DNA from: Bryobacteraceae bacterium
GTDB lineage: Bacteria; Acidobacteriota; Terriglobia; Bryobacterales; Bryobacteraceae
Reading direction: 5' to 3'
Length of the DNA stretch: 64,000 bases
Assembly (NCBI GenBank): GCA_963770345.1
Contig: CAVYPH010000013.1
Location: 140,280 to 204,279, forward strand
The number at the start of each line of letters is the position of its first letter. Position 1 is the stretch's first letter. The notes beneath the pieces are model-generated. The model ran no database searches. It was not told where the DNA came from and worked only from the letters and a program-made list of their open reading frames with translations. Position numbers and translations under genes: made by a program. This document shows, one piece after another, positions 29,833-40,019 of this stretch.

Positions 29833-30687
29833 TTACCTGGCGGCTTCGGCCGAGTAAGGGCCTGTAATAAGGATCTCAGTCCGCCCGGTCAGGTGCCACG
29901 CCCGCTGCAGGCCAAAAAAGATGATCACAATCGTAAGGAGACCGGAAAAGCCAGACGTGAGCGAGAGAAACGGCGCGGCCAGAGCCAGCAGAAGAATAAA
30001 TCCAAGCGCAACGATGAAGGACATCTTCGGGTGCGGCGCCTGTGAAGGCTTCCGTCCGGCATCCGTGGGAGCAGGAAGCGCGCCGGCTTTGCTTTGCGCC
30101 GCGGGCGGAACGGCCTTCGCTCCATTTTGCGCGGTCCTGTGCGGGCGCTTCGCAAGGTCGTAAATAAATACCGGAATATAGCTCGTTGTAATGGCGAAAT
30201 AGGTGAGTGCGACGGCCAGAATCTGCTGCGGTCTGCCTCCCAGCCCACCCGACGCGTGGCGAATCGCCTTGCCAACCATGATGCCGACCAGAATTGCCAA
30301 CAGTCCGATTTGGAGACCGGTTATGATCGCCACAAGCGCGTAAAGAACGGCTCCGGCAAAGGCGGCGCCACCCCCGTAAAGCGCGGCTTTGAGCAGAGAC
30401 GCCGCTGGCGGCGCTTGCTGAAAGACCTCGATTCGTCCCGCGCACGCCGGACACACCACTTGTCCCTGCGCGTGAAAGTATTGATCGGTGATCGCTGCTT
30501 TACAGGGAACGCAGAGCTTGTGGGCGGAAATCTGCGATGCGGCGCCGGGAACCGGCACGGCGTGTTCAAACTGGAGCTCCTCGGGACGCGGAACGATCTC
30601 TTTCACCGGCGAGTTCAGGCCCAGGCTGATCAAAGGCTCCGGTTCAGGCATGGTGGTGAGTGTAGCTGCCTGAACGATGCTAGTCAA
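29833..30687 (-). CDS. Zinc-ribbon membrane protein, hypothetical
   Basis: CVPCKAAITDQYFHAQGQVVCPACAG followed by 4-5 TM helices. It ends 8 nt upstream of the M50 gene on the same strand. Start is uncertain (alternative MPEPEPL). Confidence 0.5.
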   Translation of the reverse strand: MTSIVQAATLTTMPEPEPLISLGLNSPVKEIVPRPEELQFEHAVPVPGAASQISAHKLCVPCKAAITDQYFHAQGQVVCPACAGRIEVFQQAPPAASLLKAALYGGGAAFAGAVLYALVAIITGLQIGLLAILVGIMVGKAIRHASGGLGGRPQQILAVALTYFAITTSYIPVFIYDLAKRPHRTAQNGAKAVPPAAQSKAGALPAPTDAGRKPSQAPHPKMSFIVALGFILLLALAAPFLSLTSGFSGLLTIVIIFFGLQRAWHLTGRTEILITGPYSAEAAR

Positions 30688-30802
30688 TACCTTTATTGAC
30701 TAAAAATGAACTACTTATGACTAAAGAGACTTTAATTGATGAATTCCCCACACAATACCAGGGTTGTCCCCGCATTGGGGCAAGGACGACTTTGTACGGT
30801 TA

Positions 30803-30837
30803 AGAGCCGCATGCCGACTTACGCGGCGTGCGGCTCT
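30803..30837 (-). terminator. Possible hairpin downstream of the 30913-31245 gene
   Basis: agagccgca (30803-30811) pairs with tgcggctct (30829-30837), leaving a 17-nt loop. There is no clear U-tract. Confidence 0.3.
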
Positions 30838-30912
30838 GGTTGTGACTGCGCGCTCTGGGCTTGGTGGGTATTAGCGGCCAAAAGCATGTTCAGGTCATTC
30901 GTGTTCGCGAGA

Positions 30913-31245
30913 TTAACGGAAGCGGTAGCCATTCCGATAGTAATGACGCGCACCGCCCCAATAGCCGGCATAGAAGTGTCCGCCGTAGTGGCGCGGGGCC
31001 ACCCAGTATGCACCGCTATAAGGCGGCAAGGCCCAGTAACCGGCCGTCCAGCGGCCGTATCCGTCGCGGTAGCCGTCAACCCAAACGTATCCTGGTCCGG
31101 GGCACGCTGGCCGGTAGGCGGCTAGTACCACGGGGGCGGGCCTGTAATAAGCGGGCGCGCCAAAGTTCACTCCGATTGAAAAACGGGGCTGGGCGAATAG
31201 GGACCCGCCCATCACCAATATCAGCGCCATCAGTTTCGTTTTCAT
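30913..31245 (-). CDS. Small secreted Tyr/Gly/Trp-rich repeat protein (YXWGXW-like)
   Basis: Signal peptide MKTKLMALILVMGGSLFAQ, then GYVWVDGYRDGYGRWTAGYWALPPYSGAYWVAPRHYGGHFYAGYWGG. Confidence 0.55.
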   Translation of the reverse strand: MKTKLMALILVMGGSLFAQPRFSIGVNFGAPAYYRPAPVVLAAYRPACPGPGYVWVDGYRDGYGRWTAGYWALPPYSGAYWVAPRHYGGHFYAGYWGGARHYYRNGYRFR

Positions 31246-31540
31246 TGTGTCTTGCCTCCTTGCACACCTACTAACGCAAATGGTGTGCCAAGGCGTAAAT
31301 TGCTGAAACTACAGCAGATGATGATTTCTTAATGGCCGCGCTGCACCGATCCGCTGGTGGAATTCGGCCGATTGACCACTATCACGATCTTCCGATGCAC
31401 CTTTTGCTGCCCGCCCAATTCCGTAACGATCTGCGCGGGTTGACGACGGGAATTGAGATTTCTCCGGCATGGCGGCCGACCACCTTCTGGCGTTTGCTCT
31501 GCCGAGCCAGTCGGTCAACATATATTATGATCTCTGAAGC

Positions 31541-33112
31541 ATGGGACATACTCCGCATCTCTCGCGTCGTGAAATCCTGCAAGCAATCCCGTTACTAGGC
31601 CGCGGAAGTCTCCTGCTTCCGGTAAGCGTCTTGCGCGGACAGCGCCCCGATACTTCTGCGCCTGCGATCATCCGGGGATCGCTCGCCGATGGAGCGACAG
31701 GACAACCGGTGGCAGCCAAGATTTGCGTCATCAACACAAACACCGATGAGGTCTGCCTGCCTGAGAGGGCCATCAAGAGCATGCCCAAGCCTTCCAAGCC
31801 CGGAGTCCGCCGCTACTTCTACGCCAAGGGCTCGTACGAGATCGCCGTACCTCCCGGCCGTTACCGCATCGAAGTGGTACGCGGAATCTCGCATGAAGCT
31901 GCGGTCGAATACACCGAAGTGGGCTCGGGCATCACGCACGTCCTCGATTTTCGAATTCCCGTATTGAAGGACCTGCACGCGTCTGGATGGTACTCGGGCA
32001 ACACCCATACGCACTACGCTCTCGAGATCGATGAAGATCCGGATGACCGGTTGCGGATGGTCCCGCCGGCCGAAGCGCTGGACGTCAGCGTGATCAGTTA
32101 CCTGATTCGAGGTGACTCGCCCTATATTACGAATCGCTATCCCGTAGGGCGGCTCCCACAGTTCTCGCGCGACGGAACCATCATGGACATGGGCGAAGAG
32201 GCGCGCAACAATCACACGTTCGGTGAGTTCGGTTATGGGCACGTGTTGTTCCTCAATATTCCTCGCGCCGTCGAGCCTGTTTCCACCGGGCTCTTGTCGA
32301 AGACGCCGAATGCTCCGGACTTCCCTACGCTTTCCATGCTCTGCACCGAAGCGCGGCGCCTGGGCGGGACCACAGTCTGGTGCCATAACGGATCGGGTAT
32401 GGAATCGCCGGTTGCCGCGGCGCTCGGCGAGATGGATGCGTACAATCTCGCGGACGGCCTGGAAGCCGATTACGATCGCTATTACCGTCTGCTGAACTGT
32501 GGTTTTCGCCTGCCGGCGTCGTCCGGCACCGACTGGTGGATTTACGATCACAACCGTGTCTTCGTCCAAGTCGAAGGTGGCTTCAATTACGACAACTGGA
32601 TAGCGGGATTGCGGGCCGGCCGAACCTTCATATCCAACGGACCGCTTCTGGAGCTCCGGGTGAACGATAAGGGTCCGGGAGCAACGATTGACGCGTCCGG
32701 TCCGCTGCGAATCTCGGCGAACGTGATCTCGCGTTTGCCGTTCGATCGCTTGCAAATTATCTACAACGGAGAAATCGTCGCCGAGCGATCGGCGCGGAAC
32801 CAGCGCGAGGTCAAGTTCGACGAGGAAATCTCCGTCGATCGAGGCGGCTGGATTGCCGCACGAGTTGGAAGCAGCGCCAAGACTCATGCCGGCACCACTG
32901 TCTTCGCGCACACCAGTCCTGTTTATGTGCAAGTCGCGGACACACCGCGTAGAATCGCCGAATCGGCTGGAGCCTTCGTCGATGAGATCGAGCGATCGAT
33001 GCGGTTCATCCGGAAAAACTTTCGCTTTGCGAAAGACGCGGATCGCGCGATCGCTCTGGGCCGCTTCGGATCGGCCAAGGATGTATTCGGGCGCATTGCC
33101 GGCCAAGCGTAG
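31541..33112 (+). CDS. CehA/McbA-like PHP-type metallohydrolase with N-terminal carboxypeptidase-regulatory-like domain
   Basis: Tat-like LSRREILQAIPLLG. IRGSLADGATGQPVAAKICV is a CarboxypepD_reg-like segment. WYSGNTHTHYALEIDED is the His cluster of PHP/CehA enzymes. Confidence 0.6.
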   Translation: MGHTPHLSRREILQAIPLLGRGSLLLPVSVLRGQRPDTSAPAIIRGSLADGATGQPVAAKICVINTNTDEVCLPERAIKSMPKPSKPGVRRYFYAKGSYEIAVPPGRYRIEVVRGISHEAAVEYTEVGSGITHVLDFRIPVLKDLHASGWYSGNTHTHYALEIDEDPDDRLRMVPPAEALDVSVISYLIRGDSPYITNRYPVGRLPQFSRDGTIMDMGEEARNNHTFGEFGYGHVLFLNIPRAVEPVSTGLLSKTPNAPDFPTLSMLCTEARRLGGTTVWCHNGSGMESPVAAALGEMDAYNLADGLEADYDRYYRLLNCGFRLPASSGTDWWIYDHNRVFVQVEGGFNYDNWIAGLRAGRTFISNGPLLELRVNDKGPGATIDASGPLRISANVISRLPFDRLQIIYNGEIVAERSARNQREVKFDEEISVDRGGWIAARVGSSAKTHAGTTVFAHTSPVYVQVADTPRRIAESAGAFVDEIERSMRFIRKNFRFAKDADRAIALGRFGSAKDVFGRIAGQA

Positions 33113-33116
33113 CTGC

Positions 33117-34388
33117 CTACAGTTCAGCCACGGTCTCGATCACGGCATCGCCGTTACGAAACGCCTCTTCCCGAATCTCAATACCAAGTCCCGGAGTCTC
33201 CGGAGCCGTGACATACCCGTCCACCGGCACGGGCACGTTCTTCAGGAAATGCGGGTATACATCGTTATAGAGATGGTAGACGCTCTCCATGATGTAGAAG
33301 TTGGTCAACGAGGTCGCGGTATGAATCGACGAGTACCAAAGGATCGGTCCACCACCCGTGTGCGGCGCCGTCGGAATTTTGTACGTGTCCGCCATATCGG
33401 AAATCTTCTTCGCTTCTGAAATCCCGCCGCACCAGGTCACGTCGTACATCACCACGCCCACAGCGTGTTGTTCGAACATTTCGCGGAACCGGAATCGGGT
33501 CGCCAGCCGCTCGCTGATACAGATGGGAATCGACGTGGCCCGCGCCAGCGACGCATACGCACTGAGGTTGTCGGCCAGCATGGGATCTTCCAGCCACATG
33601 ATTCCGTACGGTTCGAGCGAATGCGCGATCTGCATCGAACACGGCAGGTTCCAACGGCTGCTCAAATCGAGCGCAATCTCGATATCATCGCCGGCCGATT
33701 TCCGCATTCGCTGGATCGGGTCGAGCGACTGCCTCAGATCCGCCTGCGTGATAAATGTGCCGCCGTGCCGGGCCAGCGCGTTGATCGGACCGCGGTCGTA
33801 AGGATATATCTTGATCCCCCGGATTCCGCGCTTCAGCAGGAAATCGGCCAGCTTTTCCGGGTCGGTATGTTCGCGCATACCGTTGATCGGCCACCCGTTC
33901 ATGGTGTTGTACACCATCAGCTTCTCCTGCGCTTTGCCGCCCAGCAGCTTATACACAGGAAGGCCCGACGCTTTGCCAAGAATGTCCCACTGCGCGATGT
34001 TAATAGCCGTCAGCATCCGAAAGTCGGCGCCGCCCCAGGGCTGGTAGGAGATGTGGTAAAAAATATCCTGCCACAAACGATCGATCTTGGTTGGATCCTT
34101 TCCCAGCAGCAACGGCGCCAGCTCATTCAGCGCGCCGCGGTGAGCGTCGTATCCGGGATACGATTCGCCGGTGCCGATAATACCTTTATCTGTATGCAAC
34201 CGGACCCACATCCAATTGGGAGAAATTCCCTGGATCTTCAGATCCGCACGGAACCGCACGGCCTCGATTTTCGTGATCTTCAGCGGACCCACGCCATCGG
34301 CGGCGGCGCGCGCTTCTTTGGTCCACAGCCCGGCCACGGTCCCTGCGCCTGCTGCTGCTAAAAAATTCCTGCGACTGATCGCTTGCAT
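33117..34388 (-). CDS. Enolase-superfamily (mandelate racemase/muconate lactonizing, sugar-acid dehydratase-like) enzyme with twin-arginine signal
   Basis: MQAISRRNFLAAAGAGTVAGLW is a Tat-like signal. KITKIEAVRF...GIIGTGESYPG, DIEIALDLSSRW, MWLEDP and ICISERL match MR/MLE motifs. Confidence 0.8.
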   Translation of the reverse strand: MQAISRRNFLAAAGAGTVAGLWTKEARAAADGVGPLKITKIEAVRFRADLKIQGISPNWMWVRLHTDKGIIGTGESYPGYDAHRGALNELAPLLLGKDPTKIDRLWQDIFYHISYQPWGGADFRMLTAINIAQWDILGKASGLPVYKLLGGKAQEKLMVYNTMNGWPINGMREHTDPEKLADFLLKRGIRGIKIYPYDRGPINALARHGGTFITQADLRQSLDPIQRMRKSAGDDIEIALDLSSRWNLPCSMQIAHSLEPYGIMWLEDPMLADNLSAYASLARATSIPICISERLATRFRFREMFEQHAVGVVMYDVTWCGGISEAKKISDMADTYKIPTAPHTGGGPILWYSSIHTATSLTNFYIMESVYHLYNDVYPHFLKNVPVPVDGYVTAPETPGLGIEIREEAFRNGDAVIETVAEL

Positions 34389-34438
34389 TCGCTGCTCACT
34401 TTATCACGCGTACAGTATTATTGTTGTCGGTAGAAACC

Positions 34439-35482
34439 ATGAACAGACGCAGATTTTTCCACCGCTCCGTTGCGGGCGGGGTGGCGCTCGGCGGCGCGCA
34501 GGTAGCCGGCGCCCCACCTTCCGACCTGCCCTCGAGGTTCACTCCGAGCGCATACTCTGTACCCAGCACCAAGTACAGTCCATTCACCACGCCCGATTAC
34601 TACACCTACGCCGACAACCTGGTCATCGAAAGAAACCGGCCGGGAAAACCGCACGCCGGAAAAGTGCTCGCTGCCGTTCAGGCTCATTCCGACGATATTC
34701 CACTGTTCGCAGCAGGCACGGTCGCCAAACTCATCGACGAAGGATATACCGCGTATTTGATTCGCCTGTCGAACGACGATGCCGCCGGGAAGACCCTCGG
34801 ATACGGCGTCGTACAGAATGAAATCGACAACGAAAAAGCGGCCGAGGCGCTCGGATGCAAGAAGGCATTCTCCTTCTACTACCGCAACCACCGCATGGAC
34901 GACTGTTCCATCGTGGAAATCCGCGCCCGTCTCATCTTCCTGTTCCGTCTGTTGCAAGTGAACACCGTGGTCTGCATGGACCCGTACAACCATTACGACG
35001 AGAATCCCGACCACCTTGTAGCCGGCAAAGCGGTAGAAGGAGCTTGCTGGATGTCAGGAAGCAGCAAGGATTATGCCGAGCATTACAGGCTTGGGCTGAA
35101 ACCCACCAGCGTCAAGGAAAAATATTATTACGCTCGTTCACCCCAGGGTCACAACCTCGTAAACAAAGTCGTGGACGTCAGTTCTTACATTGACACCAAA
35201 GTGCGAGTGAACATGGCGAACAAGGGGAAGGGTCCAGCCGGGAACGCGGGTGCGCGTCTGCGGCAGGAACTACTGCAGCAGGGCAAGAAGCTACCGCTGC
35301 TCGGCGACGACGACGAGACGGCGAATTTCCAATACATCAAGACTTTTCTGCTGGATGACAACCGCCTGTTCGGCCACCAGTTCGGATGCGAATACGTCGA
35401 GGCCTTCCGCTATATCGGCGCCGAGCCGAACTACCTCGACAACATTCGCAAGTACGCCGCCGCGCACGTGGTGCCGGCGTAG
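34439..35482 (+). CDS. PIG-L/LmbE family deacetylase with twin-arginine signal
   Basis: MNRRRFFHRSVAGGVALGGAQ is a Tat-like signal. VLAAVQAHSDDIPLFAAGTVAKLIDEGYTAYLIRLSNDD carries the AHxDD motif, and DENPDHLVAG is also present. Confidence 0.75.
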   Translation: MNRRRFFHRSVAGGVALGGAQVAGAPPSDLPSRFTPSAYSVPSTKYSPFTTPDYYTYADNLVIERNRPGKPHAGKVLAAVQAHSDDIPLFAAGTVAKLIDEGYTAYLIRLSNDDAAGKTLGYGVVQNEIDNEKAAEALGCKKAFSFYYRNHRMDDCSIVEIRARLIFLFRLLQVNTVVCMDPYNHYDENPDHLVAGKAVEGACWMSGSSKDYAEHYRLGLKPTSVKEKYYYARSPQGHNLVNKVVDVSSYIDTKVRVNMANKGKGPAGNAGARLRQELLQQGKKLPLLGDDDETANFQYIKTFLLDDNRLFGHQFGCEYVEAFRYIGAEPNYLDNIRKYAAAHVVPA

Positions 35483-35492
35483 CAGGTAGCTT

Positions 35493-36365
35493 ATGGCCCA
35501 AAACGATTCGATCGTTGTAAGAGATCAGCCCGGCCGTCCCCATGCCGGCAAGGTCTTTGCAGCCGTTCACGCGCACTTGAGCAATGTCCCCCGTTACGCC
35601 GGAGGATTGTGCGCCAAACTCATCGCCGAAGGCTACACCGGCTATCTGATCCGCACCACCAACGACGAAAAGAGCGGCGGACACTCCATCGCCCAGAACA
35701 TCTTAAACAACGAGCAAGAACACCTGAAGATGGCCGCCGCCCTGGGGATCAAGGATGTTTACGATCTCTATTACCGGAGCCACTTCATGGACGGAATCGC
35801 TGCCGTCGAAATACAATCGCGGCTGGTTCTGCTCTTCCGCATGCTGAAGGCCGATACAGTCATCTCATTCAATCCATCGACCGTGGGAGACGACGACACG
35901 GATCACCAGGTAACCGCCCACGCCGTCCACGAAGCGGCTTGGATGGCCGGCCAGGATCACGATTTCGACGAGCACTTCGAAGCCGGAGTCCAACCCCACG
36001 CGGTACTCGAGCGGTATTATTTCCACGCGCAGCCAGGCCAGCCGTTCAACCGCGTGGTGGACATCGGCTCTCACATAGACAAGAAGCTCGACGCGATTGT
36101 CGAATGCAAATCCCAGGGCGGCGGCAACCGTGGCTCGGTGCTGCGCGCGAAGCTTTCGAGCCAGGGAAAGCGTCTTCCACTACTCGGAAACGATGACAAA
36201 AGCGCCGACCGCGAATACGTGCGTCATTTTCTCCTGGACGACTACCGCGACTACGGCAAGCCCCACAAACTCGAATATGCCGAGCGCTTTTACTACGTCG
36301 ATCAACGCCAGCGCGGCAAATCGAAAGAAGATGAATACGTCGAGAAGAACGCAGTCGGTATTTAG
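35493..36365 (+). CDS. PIG-L/LmbE family paralog lacking a signal peptide and the AHxDD motif
   Basis: Collinear similarity to the upstream gene (RPHAGKVFAAVHAHLSNVPRYAGGLCAKLIAEGYTGYLIRTTNDE). AHSDD is replaced by AHLSN, and there is no N-terminal signal. Confidence 0.7.
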   Translation: MAQNDSIVVRDQPGRPHAGKVFAAVHAHLSNVPRYAGGLCAKLIAEGYTGYLIRTTNDEKSGGHSIAQNILNNEQEHLKMAAALGIKDVYDLYYRSHFMDGIAAVEIQSRLVLLFRMLKADTVISFNPSTVGDDDTDHQVTAHAVHEAAWMAGQDHDFDEHFEAGVQPHAVLERYYFHAQPGQPFNRVVDIGSHIDKKLDAIVECKSQGGGNRGSVLRAKLSSQGKRLPLLGNDDKSADREYVRHFLLDDYRDYGKPHKLEYAERFYYVDQRQRGKSKEDEYVEKNAVGI

Positions 36366-37603
36366 TTCTTGCCGCTCGTGGGCCAGACCACGCCTTGGTC
36401 TTTCTTCGTCACCGGAGCCAGTCCTCTGAAGTGAAATTTCTGCACGCGCTGCCCGCGGTAGGTCTCTGTCGTGAAGACATTGCCCTTTGAATCCGTGGCG
36501 ATGCTGTGCACGGCATAGAACTCGCCCGGCTGTCTTCCGCCGTCGCCGAAACTGGTCAGGATCTCGAGCGTATCGCGAAGGAGCACGTGAATCTTCATGT
36601 TCGATCCGTCTGCGACATAGATATATTTCTGCTGCGGATCCTTCGACAGAGCGACGTCAAATGTAGACCCGTCACCGCGAGTGTTCTTCGCGATGAACGC
36701 TTCCTTCACGTATGTGCCGTCCGTCTTAAACACCTGAATGCGATCGTTCGTGCGGTCGCAGACATACAACAACCCATCGTTGGCAAGCGCGACCGCATGC
36801 ACCGGATTGCGAAACTGTTGCGCCGGCGGATCGGCCGGATTGTACGGCGGGAGTTGCGTGTCATCCGGCTTGTGGCCATAGGCGCCCCAATGCCGCTTAT
36901 ACTTGCCGCTGTCCGCATCGAAGACGATCACACGCCGGTTGCCATAGCCGTCGGCGACGTACAGTTCGTTCGTCTTCGGGTCAACCAAAGTCTTGGCCGG
37001 CAGCCGGAGATTCTCGAGATCGTTGCTGCCCTTACTCTTGTTCGGCTTGCCGATCTGCATAAGAAACTTGCCGGATTGCGTGAACTTCAGCACCATGCTG
37101 TCGTGAATGGTTCCGCCGCCCATTTTGCTCTCATCGGCCGCAAGCGCCGCAGGTTGCGCACCGCGCCCGTTTCCGCCAATCCAAACGTTGCCTTTGTAAT
37201 CGACATCGATTCCGTGATTGGACGACGGCCAGTCGTAGCCTTCGCCGGGGCCGCCCCAATGTCCTATCAGGTCGCCCGCTTCATTGAACTCAAGAATCGG
37301 CGGAGCCGGAGCGCAGCACTCGGAGGCAGGGGGTTTCCACGTCGCGTACTTTTCCTTTTCTTCAAGCGCGCCCTCTCGGTGAATGATCCAGATGTGGTCG
37401 TTGGCATCCGCCGCCACGCCGATCACGGACCCGATCACCCAGTGATTGGGCAACGGCTTAGGCCACATGGGATCCACTTCAAATCTTGGAGCCTGGACGG
37501 CCGCTGCTTCCACCACCGCCCTCTTTTGGAGCCCCGTTTCCACGACCGCAAGCACACCGAGGACTGCAAGAAAGGCCGCACCGATCGTATATGTCCGCTT
37601 CAC
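36362..37603 (-). CDS. NHL-repeat / six-bladed beta-propeller protein (peptidyl-hydroxyglycine-lyase-like), signal-anchored
   Basis: GTG at 37603 is preceded by GAAGGGAGA. VKRTYTIGAAFLAVLGVLAVV is the anchor. Repeats include DHIWIIHRE, GNVWIGGNG, ELYVADGYGNRRVIVF, LLYVCDRTNDRIQVF, YIYVADGSNMKIHV and GNVFTTETYRGQRVQKF. Confidence 0.55.
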   Translation of the reverse strand: MKRTYTIGAAFLAVLGVLAVVETGLQKRAVVEAAAVQAPRFEVDPMWPKPLPNHWVIGSVIGVAADANDHIWIIHREGALEEKEKYATWKPPASECCAPAPPILEFNEAGDLIGHWGGPGEGYDWPSSNHGIDVDYKGNVWIGGNGRGAQPAALAADESKMGGGTIHDSMVLKFTQSGKFLMQIGKPNKSKGSNDLENLRLPAKTLVDPKTNELYVADGYGNRRVIVFDADSGKYKRHWGAYGHKPDDTQLPPYNPADPPAQQFRNPVHAVALANDGLLYVCDRTNDRIQVFKTDGTYVKEAFIAKNTRGDGSTFDVALSKDPQQKYIYVADGSNMKIHVLLRDTLEILTSFGDGGRQPGEFYAVHSIATDSKGNVFTTETYRGQRVQKFHFRGLAPVTKKDQGVVWPTSGKN

Positions 37604-37661
37604 GCTTGTTCTCCCTTCGATTCGCCGTTCGATATCATACACGATTCGGCTCTGCGGAAAC

Positions 37662-38990
37662 ATGCGTTGCGTTTATCTATCGATGTGTTTGGTGTTTGCT
37701 CTCACGCATCCCAGCGTCCTGGCGGCTCACGACATCCCTCGCGACGTCACGGTGCAGGTGTTTGTCAAACCGGCCGGCGACCGGCTGCACCTGCTGGTCC
37801 GCGTGCCCCTCGGCGCTATGCGCGACGTGATATTTCCGGAGCGCGAAGGGGGCTATCTGGACGTGGAGAAACTCGCTCCTCTGCTCCCGGACGCCGCCAC
37901 TCTGTGGATCTCGGACTTCGTTGCGATTGAAGAAGGAGAGACTCGCCTCCCGAAGCCGAAGGTCGTAGCAACGCAAGTGTCGCTCGCCTCTGACAGGTCC
38001 TTCGAGTCTTTTGAGACTGCACAGGCGCACGTCTTGGGCTCCCCACTGGCCAACAGCGCGAACGTCGTTTGGAACCAGGTGCTCTTCGATGTCCTGTTCG
38101 AGTACCCGATCCGCTCGGATCGTTCGAAGTTTTCCATACGCCCAGGGTTCGATAAACTCGCCGCGCGGGTGCTGACGGTGCTTCGGTTCCTGCCGCCCGG
38201 CGGCGCTGTGCGCGCTTTTGAGTTCGTTGGCGATCCTGGTGTGGTGCCGCTCGATCCCAGTTGGTATCAGGCCGCCCTGCGGTTCGTCGAGCTGGGTTTC
38301 TTCCATATCCTGGACGGGACAGACCACTTGCTGTTTCTCTTGTGCCTGGTGATTCCGTTCCGGCGATTCCGCCCGTTGATTGTGGTGGTGACTGCGTTCA
38401 CCGTGGCGCATTCCATCACTCTGATCGCCTCGGCATACAATCTGACGCCGGATGCCTTGTGGTTTCCGCCGCTCATCGAAACCCTGATCGCGATCTCCAT
38501 CGTCTATATGGCCCTCGAGAACATTGTGGGCGGGAGCACGCAACATCGGCGGTGGATGATCGCGTTCGGATTCGGCCTGGTTCACGGGTTCGGATTCTCG
38601 TTCGCGCTTCGCGAGACGCTTCAGTTTGCCGGATCCCATTTGCTGGCCTCGTTGCTCAGTTTCAACCTCGGTGTCGAGCTGGGGCAAGCCCTTGTGCTCC
38701 TGCTGCTGATTCCCGTACTCGACGCCTTGTTCCGGTTCGTTGTGAATGAAAGGATGGGGACAATCATTCTCTCGGCGCTGGTGGCCCATACAGCCTGGCA
38801 TTGGATGACCGAGCGATGGGAACGCTTGCGCCAGTTTCAATTTCAATTGCCTGAAATCAGTTCCGCCGCCATGGCAACTGGACTCCGCTGGATTATAGTG
38901 GCTTTGATCGTGAGTGGTGCGGTGGGCCTAGGGGTGTGGCTGATGCGGCAACGCGGCGGGCGGAGCGCGCATGGCGATGCCGGACGGTGA
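37662..38990 (+). CDS. HupE/UreJ family membrane protein with ~200-aa N-terminal periplasmic extension
   Basis: Signal MRCVYLSMCLVFALTHPSVLA. GFFHILDGTDHLLFLLCLVIP carries the HupE His/Asp-His motif. Several TM helices follow. Confidence 0.7.
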   Translation: MRCVYLSMCLVFALTHPSVLAAHDIPRDVTVQVFVKPAGDRLHLLVRVPLGAMRDVIFPEREGGYLDVEKLAPLLPDAATLWISDFVAIEEGETRLPKPKVVATQVSLASDRSFESFETAQAHVLGSPLANSANVVWNQVLFDVLFEYPIRSDRSKFSIRPGFDKLAARVLTVLRFLPPGGAVRAFEFVGDPGVVPLDPSWYQAALRFVELGFFHILDGTDHLLFLLCLVIPFRRFRPLIVVVTAFTVAHSITLIASAYNLTPDALWFPPLIETLIAISIVYMALENIVGGSTQHRRWMIAFGFGLVHGFGFSFALRETLQFAGSHLLASLLSFNLGVELGQALVLLLLIPVLDALFRFVVNERMGTIILSALVAHTAWHWMTERWERLRQFQFQLPEISSAAMATGLRWIIVALIVSGAVGLGVWLMRQRGGRSAHGDAGR

Positions 38991-38997
38991 GAAGAGG

Positions 38998-40017
38998 TTA
39001 CGCCGTTACTTCCACCTGAACCTTGGTAAAATCCTGCGGCCGGTCGCTCCAGGCTTTCAGCGTTACCCCGGCCTCTTCGATCGGCACTACCTTCGAAATC
39101 AGGCGATGCACCGGGAATCGCTTCTGCCGGATGACTTCGATCACGGTCGGAAATTCATCGAGAGCGTTGCGGGAACCAAGAATATCCAGTTCCTTCATCA
39201 CGAAAAGCCGGGTTTCGTAGCTGACGGGCTCCTTGGCGTAACCGACGTAGACGACGCGGCCGGTGAATGCGGCTTCTTCCACCGCCAGCCGGAATGTTTC
39301 CGGCGTACCGATTGCTTCGATGATCACGTCGGGTCCTAGACCGTCCGTGAGATCCTGCAGTTCGTCGTGCACCGATTGCGTTCTCGAATTAATGGTATGC
39401 GTAGCGCCGGCTTCGCGGGCCAGCGCGAGTTTGGCGTCTTCAATGTCGATCGCCACTACCTTCGCATCGCGAAAAGCCGCGGCGGAAATCGCGCCCAGCC
39501 CCACCGCTCCGCAGCCCATCACCACGGCCACATCCGAAGCGATCACTCTAGCGCGATTCGTCGCGTGGAAGCCAACCGAAAGCGGCTCCACCATAGCCAG
39601 CTCACGCAAACTGAGCCCCTCCGCGATGTATAACTTCCGCCATGGCACGATGAAATATTCGGTCATGGCGCCTTCGCGCTGTACGCCGAGGGTCTGATTC
39701 GATTTGCACGCGTTCGTCCGTCCGCGCCGGCAGGAGGCGCATATTCCGCACGCCGTGTAGGGCGACACCGTGACGTTCTGTCCAACACGGAATTCGCGTG
39801 GCACGGCGGAACCAACCTCTGCGATGGTCGCCGCGACTTCATGGCCGGGAATTCTGGGATAACTCACCAGCGGATTCTTGCCTCGAAACGTACTCAGATC
39901 GGTTCCGCACATTCCCACGATGCGGGTCTGCAGCAGAACGTCTTCCGGGCCGGGCGACGGCACCGCAATTTCGCCCATGGCGGTCTCGCCCGGCTGCGTA
40001 ATAATGAAGGCCTTCAT
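38998..40017 (-). CDS. Zinc-dependent alcohol/polyol dehydrogenase (MDR family)
   Basis: [33 protein letters not shown], the structural Zn motif [15 protein letters not shown] and the Rossmann motif [10 protein letters not shown]. The start is 3 nt after the SDR stop. Confidence 0.8.
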   Translation of the reverse strand: MKAFIITQPGETAMGEIAVPSPGPEDVLLQTRIVGMCGTDLSTFRGKNPLVSYPRIPGHEVAATIAEVGSAVPREFRVGQNVTVSPYTACGICASCRRGRTNACKSNQTLGVQREGAMTEYFIVPWRKLYIAEGLSLRELAMVEPLSVGFHATNRARVIASDVAVVMGCGAVGLGAISAAAFRDAKVVAIDIEDAKLALAREAGATHTINSRTQSVHDELQDLTDGLGPDVIIEAIGTPETFRLAVEEAAFTGRVVYVGYAKEPVSYETRLFVMKELDILGSRNALDEFPTVIEVIRQKRFPVHRLISKVVPIEEAGVTLKAWSDRPQDFTKVQVEVTA

Positions 40018-40019
40018 GA

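Noticed and set aside
31595-33106. Very long ORFs antisense to confidently assigned genes. Examples: 31595-33106 (-), 36506-37930 (+), 37677-38846 (-), 41058-42842 (+), 46849-48180 (+), 52147-53403 (+), 16519-17580 (-), 62779-63849 (-).
   Set aside because: They mirror genes with clear family signatures on the opposite strand. Their translations are Arg/Ala/Gly/Pro-rich with no recognisable motifs, which is the usual stop-codon-poor antisense artefact of high-GC DNA.
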